In this document: positions 17,390 through 26,365 of the stretch, piece by piece
Layout: every line of letters begins with the position of its first letter
Numbering within the stretch: position 1 is the stretch's first letter
Program-made: the position numbers and the translations under genes
NCBI GenBank assembly: GCA_905233405.1
Contig: CAJOEG010000001.1
Coordinates: 1 to 36,575 of the forward strand
Source: an uncultured Bacteroidales bacterium
GTDB taxonomy: Bacteria; Bacteroidota; Bacteroidia; Bacteroidales; ML635J-15
Direction: 5' to 3'
Length of the DNA: 36,575 bases
The notes under the pieces: model-generated
The model's database searches: none
Told to the model about the DNA's origin: nothing
The model's input: the letters and a program-made list of their open reading frames with translations, nothing else

Positions 17390-17481
17390 TTTCCTCTAAA
17401 GAAAAATTATAATATATTGACTATCAACGCCAAATTTTCTTTATTATACTGGCATAAAAATCAATAATTTTTATGTAAGTT
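17390..17481. repeat. Copy 2 of the 92-bp perfect direct repeat.
   Basis: Identical to 8862-8953. It ends 70 nt upstream of the ATG of the giant adhesin gene. Confidence 0.95.
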
Positions 17482-17536
17482 GCATAGAATTGTAAAAATG
17501 TGAATGTATTTATGTTGAGTTTTATGAATATTAAAC

Positions 17537-17542
17537 AGGAGG
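17537..17542 (+). promoter_or_regulatory. Canonical Shine-Dalgarno sequence AGGAGG, 9 nt upstream of the ATG at 17552.
   Basis: The context is acAGGAGGatttttaaaATG. None of the other roughly 12 start regions I inspected in this window has an SD-like purine tract. Confidence 0.5.
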
Positions 17543-17551
17543 ATTTTTAAA

Positions 17552-20500
17552 ATGAAAAAGTTATTATATTCCATAATTCTGTTGTTGTCAGTGTTGTGCT
17601 TTTCTGTGGATATGCATTCACAAGAAATTGTGGAGATTGGAGATGGTGCCCGTACATCTTATGATTTGCCTATACTCATGGTCTACAATTACTCGTTCAC
17701 ACAGCAGATTTTTAATGTTGAAGATATTGGAATTGCAGGCACAATTTCATCTGTCGGTTTCTATTATGATTATACATCGCCATTCTCTATGTCGGGGATT
17801 CTGATGTATATGATGCATACCGCAAAAAGTGAGTTTGTAGATGGTCGCGATGTTATTGCCCTTGACTCCGCCACATTGGTTTATGATGGAGATTTCGCTG
17901 CTACCGAACCGGGTTGGTTTACTCTCAGTCTTGATACCCCGTTTGAATACAATGGAATAGACAACCTTTTGATTTGTATGTATGATACAACAAATGGGCA
18001 CTATGATAACAATTATAAATTTAGGTGTTCTTATGTTACGAATAAAACGGTTTCTCTTATAATTTATGGTAGTTCTCAAATTCCAGACATCAGCAACATT
18101 GGTATTTTTAATTATGCAGTTACTTGGCAAAATGACATTCAACTTGGCATTACTCCCGCTACAGGACATTGTTTTAGGCCTTCATCTGTTTCGGTAAGTG
18201 ATGTAACAGCTCACGGAGCTTCTGTTTCGTGGACTGCAGAAGACGGTGAATCCGCTTGGCAGATTTGTCTGAATGATGACGAAAACAACCTAATTGATGT
18301 AAATACAAATGCATACGAATTGACAGGCTTAACTTCAGAAACCTTGTATAATGTAAAGGTTCGGGTAAGTTGTGGAAACGGTTCATATAGCAATTGGACT
18401 AGAAATATTTCTTTCACAACTCTTATTTCTTGTTTTAGACCAACAAACTTGGCAGTATCGAACATAGGTGCTACAACGGCAAGCTTATCGTGGTCAGAGG
18501 GTTCGAACGAGACGGCTTGGCAGATTTGTATTAACAACGATGAAGACAGCTTGATTGATATAAATGCGAATTCGTATGATTTGGCAGAATTGACTCCAGA
18601 AACCACTTATAATGTTAAGGTACGTGCAAATTGTGCAGAAGAAGGGTATAGCAACTGGACAAGCAATGTGTCCTTTACAACTATTCCGCTTTGTCCTGTT
18701 CCAACTGGACTGTCTGTAACTAGAGGTAAGACTACTGCATTTGTAACTTGGGAGGCTGGTGGAAATGAAACCGAATGGCAGATTTGCCTTAACGATGACG
18801 AAGAAAATATTATTGATGTTGATTCTAATGAATACACTTTTACCGGTCTTTCGTTAAGTACCAACTATAGGGTAAAGGTTCGCGCAAACTGCGATGCAGA
18901 TGGATACAGCAATTGGACAAGCAATTGGTACTTTGCTACTCTTTCCAATTGTCCGCCACCAGAAAATTTTACATGTTCACCTTCCGTATATTCGGCAACA
19001 TTATCGTGGACTCCTGCTTATGACGAAACTATGTGGAATATATGTTACAAGGCAACTTCGGCTGACCATTATACATGTGTAAACGGGATAACTTCTACTA
19101 CATACACACTTACAGGGCTTAATAGTGGTACGGATTATTTTGTAGAGATTCAATCCAACTGTGATTCTGACTGGACAGCAGCGTGGAGAACATTAGAATT
19201 TTCCACAAAATATGGGATTCCATTCGTCGAGGATTTTGCAACATCTATTCCCGATTGGTCAAAACGTCAGGGACTTCTTTCTAGTGTAATGGACGGGGGC
19301 TATTTCACTTCCACGTCTAGCAGCGGATGGGGATTGTCGTCATCTAATGGAGTGTTCGATAAGCATGCCATTGTTAATCTATGGGGAAATTCTCGCAAAG
19401 AATGGTTGATAACTCCGAATATTGTTATGGACGATTGCGTGCAGCTTTCTTTTGATTTGGCTCTGACACAATATTCGGGGACTTTGCCGCCAGTTGACAC
19501 AACTCAGCAGTTGGATGATAAGTTTGCTGTCCTTATCAGTACCGACAATGGTGCAACTTGGACTATTCTCCGCCAGTACGACAATGCTGGTTCCGAGTAT
19601 GTGTATAATAACATTGCCACCGCAGGCGAAACGGTTGCCATCAGTCTGACGGACTATAGTGCAGACTATGTTAAGATTGCATTTTATGGAGAGTCAACTG
19701 TGGCAGGTGGCGATGTTAATATTCATATCGACAATGTAAGGCTCGATTATATAAAGCCATTGAATTTGACTGTCTCGAATATTACCACTGCTACTGCCGA
19801 TGTCGCCTGGACTGGCGATCAGGGTGTGGAGTGGGAACTGAAATATGGTGTTCACGGATTTGATGTCGAAACAGAAGGCACATTGGTGGATAATATTACA
19901 CAAAATTCGTATTTAATTGCAGGCCTTTCCGTTAATGCATACTACGATGTTTATGTGAAGACAGCTTGTGGTGATAGTCATAATATTGATTGGGAGATGA
20001 TATCGTTTAGAACCGATTGTGGCATTCAGGCAATTCCATATATTGAAACTTTCGAGGATTTTTATGAAAATAGGGTTAGAGTTTTTCCTTCTTGCTGGCA
20101 GCGTATTGTCGAAAGCAGCATAGGGGGCTACATATATCCAATCGCTATACCAGATCAGTATGGGTTCACTCAATATGCGCATTCGGGTTTGGAATACTTG
20201 TATATGCACACCTCAAACAATAATCCGCAAAATGTTATATCATTGCCAGAGATGTCGGATATTAATACCTTGATGATTTCGTTCTGGGCAAGGTATAACG
20301 ATTCTATTCCTGAGAATTTTCAGATTGGATATGTTGCGAACGGAGAATTTACACCTTTGGAGTCGGTTGCTTTGACAAATTCGTATAGGCAATATGCTGT
20401 ACCTCTGAATGGTGCGCCTATTGATGTAGATAGGATTGCTATTCGCTTGTATAGTATGGACAAGTCAGGTGTGTATATTGACGATATTGAGGTCATGCCT

Positions 20501-23500
20501 TTACAATCTTGTCTGCGTCCAACTAATATAACAGTATCAAGTGTTACTAACAATTCTGCATATATCACTTGGACACCAGTTGGAAACGAGACCGCTTGGC
20601 AATACACACTGGACAATGGTGTCACTTGGAACGACTTTGCAAGTGCGCCAACTGGCACAACAACAAAGGAAGCCACTATCGTAGGTCTAACAGCAGATAC
20701 TGATTACTCTTTAAAACTAAGGTCCTATTGTAGCGATAGCGACCAAAGTATGGCAAGTTCGGTAGTTGATTTTTTTACAGCGCCATGCGAGACAGAAGAT
20801 ATGTGCGAAATAGGCTATTCTTTATTCGATAGCTATGGTATTGGTTGGTATGGTTCTGCAATCAAAGTGGAGGATATTGAAACAGGAAGGGTTATGTCTA
20901 TTTTAACCATGCCAGCAGACACTTTTGCGACTGGCACAATTCCTGTATGCCACGGCAGGGGAATTAGATTTAGTTGGTTGGGTGTAAGATGCGATCCGGA
21001 TTTGTCATATACAATAACAGATGTCAATGGATATGAATTATTTACTGGGCGTAATGATTCTCAAACACCATTTTCGTATATTGTTGATTGTACAATACCC
21101 GATTGCCCTAGACCTAGGAATTTGTCAGTTTCTAACGTTACAGATCATTCTGCAACGGTTACATGGACACCTTTTGGTAGCGAAACTGCTTGGCAATATA
21201 CAATGGATGATGGCATAACTTGGAACGATTTTGCAAATGCTCCCGTAGGAACGACAACAAAGTCATACACATTTACAGAGCTTGATGCTGCTACCGGCTA
21301 CACTGTGAAAATTCGCGCATACTGTAGCGACAGCGACCAAAGTGAAGCAAGTCCCGAAGTCTCATTCTATACTGATATATGTGGTGATGATGAAATGTGC
21401 GAAATAAGTTATTCCCTGTCCGACAGTTATGGCGATGGTTGGAACGATGCGGCTATCAATGTGGTAGATGTTGAGACGGGAAGAGTTTTGGCTGCCTTGA
21501 CTATGGAAAGAGATGTTAGCAATATAACTGGCACACTTCAGGTTTGCGACGGCAGGGAAATCAGTCTAGTTTGGGTATCTGGCTCTTTTGATAGCGAATG
21601 TTCGTATGCCGTATATGATGTAAATGGCGATGAAATTACATCTGGTAGCGGTGCTATGGCAACAGTTAACTATATGGTTGATTGCCATTGTATGCGTCCT
21701 TCGAATTTGAGTGCTTATAATAATACGGGTTATTCTGCAACCATTAGATGGACAGCAGGTGGCAGCGAAATCGCTTGGCAAGTTTGCATAGACGATAATG
21801 AAGATGAGATTATTGATGTTTCCGAACCTTTATACGCAATGGACAACCTTGTTCCAACAACAGTATATAATGTAAAGGTAAGAGCAATTTGTGGTGATGG
21901 CATATATAGCAACTGGACAAGAAATTACTCTTTTGTGGCAGCATGTATAGCACCTACTAATCTTGCTCTTTCCAACATAGGTATGACATCAGCAACTATT
22001 ACTTGGGATGCAGGAAATGATGAAAGTATGTGGCAACTTGACTTAAATGGCAACCACGACAGCATTATTGATGTATATGATAACGAATACACGTTCACAG
22101 GACTTACACGAAATACCCCTTATAGTGTATGGGTGAGGGCAAATTGTGACGAAAATGTTCATAGCGTGTGGAAGGTAAAGTCATTTAGAACTCTTGCTGG
22201 ATGTCCAGGTCCTGCTAATCTTACAGCATCAATCGTTGATACTACTTATGCAATAATCACATGGTCTGCTAGTGTGGATGTTACATCATGGTTGGTCTAT
22301 ATAAACTACGATTTTGAAAACCCCATTGAAGTTGATGATCCTACATATACGCTTACAAATCTTACAGAAGGAACGGAGTATGAAGTGTGGGTGCGTTCAA
22401 ATTGCGGTTCGGAACAAGGTGGGTTTAGTATGGTAACATTTACTACTCTTGCTGATTGCTATGCTCCGGATGATATTTATGTAGAGGCAAATGCCAGTTC
22501 TGCAAATGTAAGTTGGGAGGGTACCAGCGATAGTTATATATTAAGATATAGAGCAGCAGAAATAAACGGCTCATATTATACCGATTTCGAGGATTTGTAT
22601 AATAGTGATGGGCAGTCAACAATTGATAATGATGGCGATGGATATTGTTGGACTTCATTTATAAACGGAATGATGGATAGCCATTCGGGAACGGGTTGTG
22701 TGTCATCGTTGAGTTGTCCGCCATATGAAGATTCTCCAGTTGTACAAGACAATTGGTTCGTGTCTCCACGACTTGCTTTAAATGGAACTTTTAAAATATG
22801 GGTAAAGTCTCAAAATATTTCTTCTTCTGATGAGCATTTTGGCATATATGTCTCAACAACGGGCAGGTGGTCGGTATCAGATTTTAATACGCAGGTATTG
22901 CCCGAAACTGTTGCTACTGATGAATATATGGAGTACAGTGTAGACTTGAATTCATATAACTGGCATTTGGGTTATATTGCAATCCGCCATTATAATAGTT
23001 CAGGTTCAGGGCGTTTAAATATAGATGATTTTGAGATAGAAGGAGAAAATGTTCCTGCTGGAGAATGGGTGGAAGTTGAGACGACGGAGACATCGTATGA
23101 AATAACTGGCTTGGAGCAGGGTGTTGAATATGATGTACAGATTATGGGTATTTGTGGAGATAAGCATAGTATATGGAGTCGCAACATTACGTTACAAACA
23201 CTCTCAATATCTGCAACGGCAGGGGAGCATGGGGCAATTAATCCAAGTGGCATAATTACCTTTAATCGGGGTGAAGACCAGATGTTCAGCATAACACCAG
23301 ACGAAGGCTACTGCATTGAAAATGTAATGGTTGATGGTGTATCGGTAATGGCAGACCTTGAAAACAATACTTACACTTTTACCAATGTGACCGAAGACCA
23401 TACTATTCACGCCACATTTGAATCGATTGTTTCGGTTGATATGACAGAAGAACCTTCAATGTCAATCCATCCGAACCCGAACAGCGGTATGTTTAGCATA

Positions 23501-23692
23501 GTTTTCAATGGTATCGAAGGCAATGCAACCTACCAACTCATCAATGCTAAAGGCGCTGTTGTTGAAACTCGCGACATAAATGTGATGAACGGTGCAACGA
23601 TGAATTTCAATCACAATCTTACTGCAGGCACTTACTTCGTAAGAATTATCTGTGGAGAAAAGGTGTATATTGAGCAGATAGTAGTTGAATAG
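17552..23692 (+). CDS. Giant T9SS-secreted multidomain cell-surface protein: signal peptide, N-terminal module, more than 12 FN3-like repeats, adhesin-like / choice-of-anchor-J-like modules, two Cys-bracketed DSYGDGWN modules, an InlB-B-repeat-like domain, and a Por/T9SS C-terminal sorting domain.
   Basis: This is a single 2046-aa ORF. The signal peptide is MKKLLYSIILLLSVLCFSVDMHSQ. The C-terminus SIHPNPNSGMFSIVFNG...GTYFVRIICGEKVYIEQIVVE is a typical T9SS CTD. The segment DNDGDGYCW...DNWFVSPRLAL...EHFGIYVSTTG is a cleaved-adhesin / choice-of-anchor-J-type module. Confidence 0.95.
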   Translation: MKKLLYSIILLLSVLCFSVDMHSQEIVEIGDGARTSYDLPILMVYNYSFTQQIFNVEDIGIAGTISSVGFYYDYTSPFSMSGILMYMMHTAKSEFVDGRDVIALDSATLVYDGDFAATEPGWFTLSLDTPFEYNGIDNLLICMYDTTNGHYDNNYKFRCSYVTNKTVSLIIYGSSQIPDISNIGIFNYAVTWQNDIQLGITPATGHCFRPSSVSVSDVTAHGASVSWTAEDGESAWQICLNDDENNLIDVNTNAYELTGLTSETLYNVKVRVSCGNGSYSNWTRNISFTTLISCFRPTNLAVSNIGATTASLSWSEGSNETAWQICINNDEDSLIDINANSYDLAELTPETTYNVKVRANCAEEGYSNWTSNVSFTTIPLCPVPTGLSVTRGKTTAFVTWEAGGNETEWQICLNDDEENIIDVDSNEYTFTGLSLSTNYRVKVRANCDADGYSNWTSNWYFATLSNCPPPENFTCSPSVYSATLSWTPAYDETMWNICYKATSADHYTCVNGITSTTYTLTGLNSGTDYFVEIQSNCDSDWTAAWRTLEFSTKYGIPFVEDFATSIPDWSKRQGLLSSVMDGGYFTSTSSSGWGLSSSNGVFDKHAIVNLWGNSRKEWLITPNIVMDDCVQLSFDLALTQYSGTLPPVDTTQQLDDKFAVLISTDNGATWTILRQYDNAGSEYVYNNIATAGETVAISLTDYSADYVKIAFYGESTVAGGDVNIHIDNVRLDYIKPLNLTVSNITTATADVAWTGDQGVEWELKYGVHGFDVETEGTLVDNITQNSYLIAGLSVNAYYDVYVKTACGDSHNIDWEMISFRTDCGIQAIPYIETFEDFYENRVRVFPSCWQRIVESSIGGYIYPIAIPDQYGFTQYAHSGLEYLYMHTSNNNPQNVISLPEMSDINTLMISFWARYNDSIPENFQIGYVANGEFTPLESVALTNSYRQYAVPLNGAPIDVDRIAIRLYSMDKSGVYIDDIEVMPLQSCLRPTNITVSSVTNNSAYITWTPVGNETAWQYTLDNGVTWNDFASAPTGTTTKEATIVGLTADTDYSLKLRSYCSDSDQSMASSVVDFFTAPCETEDMCEIGYSLFDSYGIGWYGSAIKVEDIETGRVMSILTMPADTFATGTIPVCHGRGIRFSWLGVRCDPDLSYTITDVNGYELFTGRNDSQTPFSYIVDCTIPDCPRPRNLSVSNVTDHSATVTWTPFGSETAWQYTMDDGITWNDFANAPVGTTTKSYTFTELDAATGYTVKIRAYCSDSDQSEASPEVSFYTDICGDDEMCEISYSLSDSYGDGWNDAAINVVDVETGRVLAALTMERDVSNITGTLQVCDGREISLVWVSGSFDSECSYAVYDVNGDEITSGSGAMATVNYMVDCHCMRPSNLSAYNNTGYSATIRWTAGGSEIAWQVCIDDNEDEIIDVSEPLYAMDNLVPTTVYNVKVRAICGDGIYSNWTRNYSFVAACIAPTNLALSNIGMTSATITWDAGNDESMWQLDLNGNHDSIIDVYDNEYTFTGLTRNTPYSVWVRANCDENVHSVWKVKSFRTLAGCPGPANLTASIVDTTYAIITWSASVDVTSWLVYINYDFENPIEVDDPTYTLTNLTEGTEYEVWVRSNCGSEQGGFSMVTFTTLADCYAPDDIYVEANASSANVSWEGTSDSYILRYRAAEINGSYYTDFEDLYNSDGQSTIDNDGDGYCWTSFINGMMDSHSGTGCVSSLSCPPYEDSPVVQDNWFVSPRLALNGTFKIWVKSQNISSSDEHFGIYVSTTGRWSVSDFNTQVLPETVATDEYMEYSVDLNSYNWHLGYIAIRHYNSSGSGRLNIDDFEIEGENVPAGEWVEVETTETSYEITGLEQGVEYDVQIMGICGDKHSIWSRNITLQTLSISATAGEHGAINPSGIITFNRGEDQMFSITPDEGYCIENVMVDGVSVMADLENNTYTFTNVTEDHTIHATFESIVSVDMTEEPSMSIHPNPNSGMFSIVFNGIEGNATYQLINAKGAVVETRDINVMNGATMNFNHNLTAGTYFVRIICGEKVYIEQIVVE

Positions 23693-23695
23693 GCG

Positions 23696-23755
23696 AAAAG
23701 GCAGAAAGAAGACCAGTCCAGCAGTCTGTTAGACTGTTAGCCTTTTAGCCTTTTT
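23696..23755 (+). terminator. Weak candidate terminator region after the giant gene.
   Basis: aaaaggc (23696-23702) can pair with gcctttt (23740-23746). An inner hairpin cagtc-tgtta-gactg lies at 23722-23736. It is followed by agccttttt. Confidence 0.3.
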
Positions 23756-23820
23756 CCCCATTCCTTTGCATCTTGTCAGATAAAATCGTCAATCGTACTT
23801 CGTAAGTCGTAAATAAGTTT

Positions 23821-23828
23821 TATTTTTG
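23821..23828 (+). promoter_or_regulatory. Candidate -7 promoter box (TATTTTTG) for the SAS / HD-kinase operon.
   Basis: Matches TAnnTTTG, 22 nt upstream of the ATG at 23850. It overlaps the TTG used as the start in the ORF track, which argues for the ATG start. Confidence 0.45.
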
Positions 23829-23849
23829 CCTAAACTTTTTTCAAAGTAT

Positions 23850-24935
23850 ATGGAATACGAGTTGGATTTACATTGCCAGATGATTCTGGACGAATATCGC
23901 GAGAATCGGCAGGTTTTTGAAAAGATGGAAGAAATCGTGCGTACGCAACTCGAAAAGTGCGTAGCCGACAACAACATATATGTTAACGCTATAGAAGCGC
24001 GAATAAAGGCAGAAAAGAGCCTTGCCGGTAAGCTTGAGCTTAAAGGGCACAAGTACAAAACACTCTCTGATATTACAGACATATTGGGAACTCGCGTCAT
24101 TACCTTCTATTCCGAGGAAGTTGACAAGATTTCGGCTCTCATCGACAAGATTTTCGAGGTTGATTGGGAAAATTCAGTCGATAAGCGAAAAGCACTCGAT
24201 CTTGACCGATTCGGATATATGTCGCTGCATTTCATCTGCCGTATTCCAAAGTCGCTTTACTACGATGCAGAGCATCCCGAAATAAACGATTTCCGTTTCG
24301 AAATCCAGATGCGCACCGCCTTGCAGCACGTTTGGGCAACAATGTACCACGACACCGGCTACAAGTCGGGAATCGAAGTGCCGAAGGAGCACCTGCGCAA
24401 TATGAACCGCCTTGCAGGTATGCTTGAACTTGCCGACGAGCAGTTCAGCCGCATTCGCAAGGAAATCAACGATTACCGCCGCAATGTGCAGTCGCTTGTT
24501 GCCGACGGCAACTTCGACGAGGTGCCACTCGACAGCGACACATTCCGCAGTTATCTTACGATGAAGCCGTTCAAGAAACTAATCGACAAGATTGCAACAA
24601 TAAATCAGGCCGAAGTCTATGAGGATAACCTTATGCGTTATGTAACTACGCTGCTGAAGATGAATTTCCGCACACTTGGCGACTTACAGCGGCTCATCAA
24701 GGATTGCAGCGACGACGCCTACAAGCTTGCTCTTCATCAGCTTTCCTCGACCGACCTTGACATTCTGGCATTGTCGGTGGCATTGCAGAACCTTTGTCTG
24801 GTTTACATTATAAAGAAAGGTGGCGGCGAAGTAGGTCTGCGTATGTTTTACGATGCAGTTTTCGGACAGTCGGCATATAATGAAGAACGCGCTCATCGTA
24901 CCTTTGAGCAAATTTCAAAGATTAACATAAAGTAA
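23850..24935 (+). CDS. RelA/SpoT-synthetase-domain protein (small alarmone synthetase, SAS) with an unassigned helical C-terminal extension of about 160 aa.
   Basis: All synthetase motifs are present: RIKAEKSLAGK (RxKxxxSxxxK), DILGTRVI (DxxGxR), FGYMSLHF (GYxSxH) and EIQMRTALQHVWA (EIQxRT...H.W). Confidence 0.9.
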   Translation: MEYELDLHCQMILDEYRENRQVFEKMEEIVRTQLEKCVADNNIYVNAIEARIKAEKSLAGKLELKGHKYKTLSDITDILGTRVITFYSEEVDKISALIDKIFEVDWENSVDKRKALDLDRFGYMSLHFICRIPKSLYYDAEHPEINDFRFEIQMRTALQHVWATMYHDTGYKSGIEVPKEHLRNMNRLAGMLELADEQFSRIRKEINDYRRNVQSLVADGNFDEVPLDSDTFRSYLTMKPFKKLIDKIATINQAEVYEDNLMRYVTTLLKMNFRTLGDLQRLIKDCSDDAYKLALHQLSSTDLDILALSVALQNLCLVYIIKKGGGEVGLRMFYDAVFGQSAYNEERAHRTFEQISKINIK

Positions 24936-24943
24936 ACGAAACA

Positions 24944-26365
24944 ATGGCAAACAAATATATCGACACATCAATCCTCGACAAGGCAATACACTTTGCAATT
25001 GATGCACACGCAAATACCGAACGCAGAGGCAAAGGTTTTCCCTATTCTGTGCATTTGATGGAAGCCGTTGAAATTGCAGCGACTATTACCTCCGACCAAG
25101 AAATACTTGCCGCAGCAGCATTGCACGATACGGTTGAAGACACAGATGTTACTGTTGAGCAGTTGCGCAAGGAATTCGGCGACAGGATTGCTGAACTGGT
25201 CGAATCCGAAAGCGACAAGTTTGCAAACGGCTTTTCGGAGCAAGACAGTTGGATAGATCGTAAAAAGGCAGCTTTGGTAAGGCTCGCCAATGCTCCGTAC
25301 GATGCCAAGATTGTGGCTATGGGCGACAAGTTATCGAATATGCGAGCCATTGCCCGCGACTATGAGAGAATAGGTGACGAACTTTGGAAAATTTTCCACT
25401 CACCCAATGGAAAACCCGACCACGATTGGCGCTACCGCGAACTGGCAGTTGCTCTTTTCGACCTTGCCGGCACACCAACCTACCGCGAATTTGTAACTCT
25501 TCTTGAAAAGACTTTCGGACAGAAGGATTTCGGTGAGCCTGTAAAAATCGACCTTGCCGACTATGAGCGCAGTGGCGAAGGTTTCAATGCAGAAAGTTAC
25601 AACCACAAGGGCGGACATACTATGATAAAACTGTATGCTGAATCGGTATCGCCCGAATTACCTTTGCGTGAACTTCGCACCGCAATGAACGTATTCCGCA
25701 TGGGACTTCTTACGCCTATGCCAGGACGCTTTGTCACAGACGGCAAGAGGTTCGGTTGTGAGTTTAGTCGTGTTGTTGATAAGAAATCGTTTGCAAGGGC
25801 AATATCCGAGAATCCCGACAGTATGAAAAGGTATGCTGCCGAATTTTCACGTATGTGCAAGCAGTTGCATTCTACGGTCTGCAATCCTGCTGTATTCCCG
25901 TCGGCTGTCGATATGTCTTGCAAGGCAGTTGAAAATGCAGAAATTTTTAACGACGACGAGAAGAAAAAAGTTCTCGATTTTGTGAAAAGCGTACCATCGG
26001 CAACGACTTGTCTCCATGGCGACTTGCATATAGGCAATATACTCAGTTCTAGTCTTGGCAATATGTGGATTGACCTCGGTGACTTCTGCTATGGCAATCC
26101 ATTGTTCGACCTTGGTATGACATATTGGGTTTGCAAGTGCAATATGGAGGAGACAACAATGCGACTTTTTCACATAGACAACGAAAAGATGCAGGAGGTC
26201 TGGAAAATATTTGTCTGCGAATACTTTGGAGCCGATACTCCAGAAAAATTTGCCGAAATCGAGAATCGAATTCGTCCGTTTGCCGCACTGAAGATGCTGT
26301 ATTTCGGAATTGTAGATAGCCATAAGGATTTTATAAGGGAAAGTCTGTTGAAAGATCGGGTGTAA
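24944..26365 (+). CDS. Fusion protein: an N-terminal RelA/SpoT-type HD hydrolase domain (small alarmone hydrolase-like) and a C-terminal APH / choline-kinase-fold phosphotransferase domain.
   Basis: The N-terminal part has HANTERRGKGFPYSVHLMEAVEIA...AAALHDTVEDTDVT...ELVESESD, which fits the HD_4 / Mesh1 / SpoT hydrolase pattern. The C-terminal part has CLHGDLHIGNIL (HxDxxxxN) and WIDLGDF (DxG), which fits the APH kinase core. It starts 8 nt after the SAS stop. Confidence 0.85.
   Translation: MANKYIDTSILDKAIHFAIDAHANTERRGKGFPYSVHLMEAVEIAATITSDQEILAAAALHDTVEDTDVTVEQLRKEFGDRIAELVESESDKFANGFSEQDSWIDRKKAALVRLANAPYDAKIVAMGDKLSNMRAIARDYERIGDELWKIFHSPNGKPDHDWRYRELAVALFDLAGTPTYREFVTLLEKTFGQKDFGEPVKIDLADYERSGEGFNAESYNHKGGHTMIKLYAESVSPELPLRELRTAMNVFRMGLLTPMPGRFVTDGKRFGCEFSRVVDKKSFARAISENPDSMKRYAAEFSRMCKQLHSTVCNPAVFPSAVDMSCKAVENAEIFNDDEKKKVLDFVKSVPSATTCLHGDLHIGNILSSSLGNMWIDLGDFCYGNPLFDLGMTYWVCKCNMEETTMRLFHIDNEKMQEVWKIFVCEYFGADTPEKFAEIENRIRPFAALKMLYFGIVDSHKDFIRESLLKDRV

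Noticed and set aside
1-23692. The two inverted giant paralogs acting as recombination arms that could invert the 10-kb block carrying the TA islet, parCE and the partner-switching genes.
   Set aside because: The paralogs are similar at the protein-module level only, roughly 40-50 percent by eye in the best-aligned region. I found no long identical DNA stretches between them, so homologous inversion seems unlikely. A dot-plot would settle this.
23826-23849. The upstream non-ATG (TTG) starts used by the ORF track for the SAS gene (23826), the rsbW-like gene (14572) and the XRE gene (7601).
   Set aside because: At 23826 and 7601 the TTG falls inside the TAnnTTTG -7 box, and at 14572 it lies only about 12 nt downstream of the box. 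An in-frame ATG follows within 3-8 codons in each case, at the usual 19-24 nt distance from the box.
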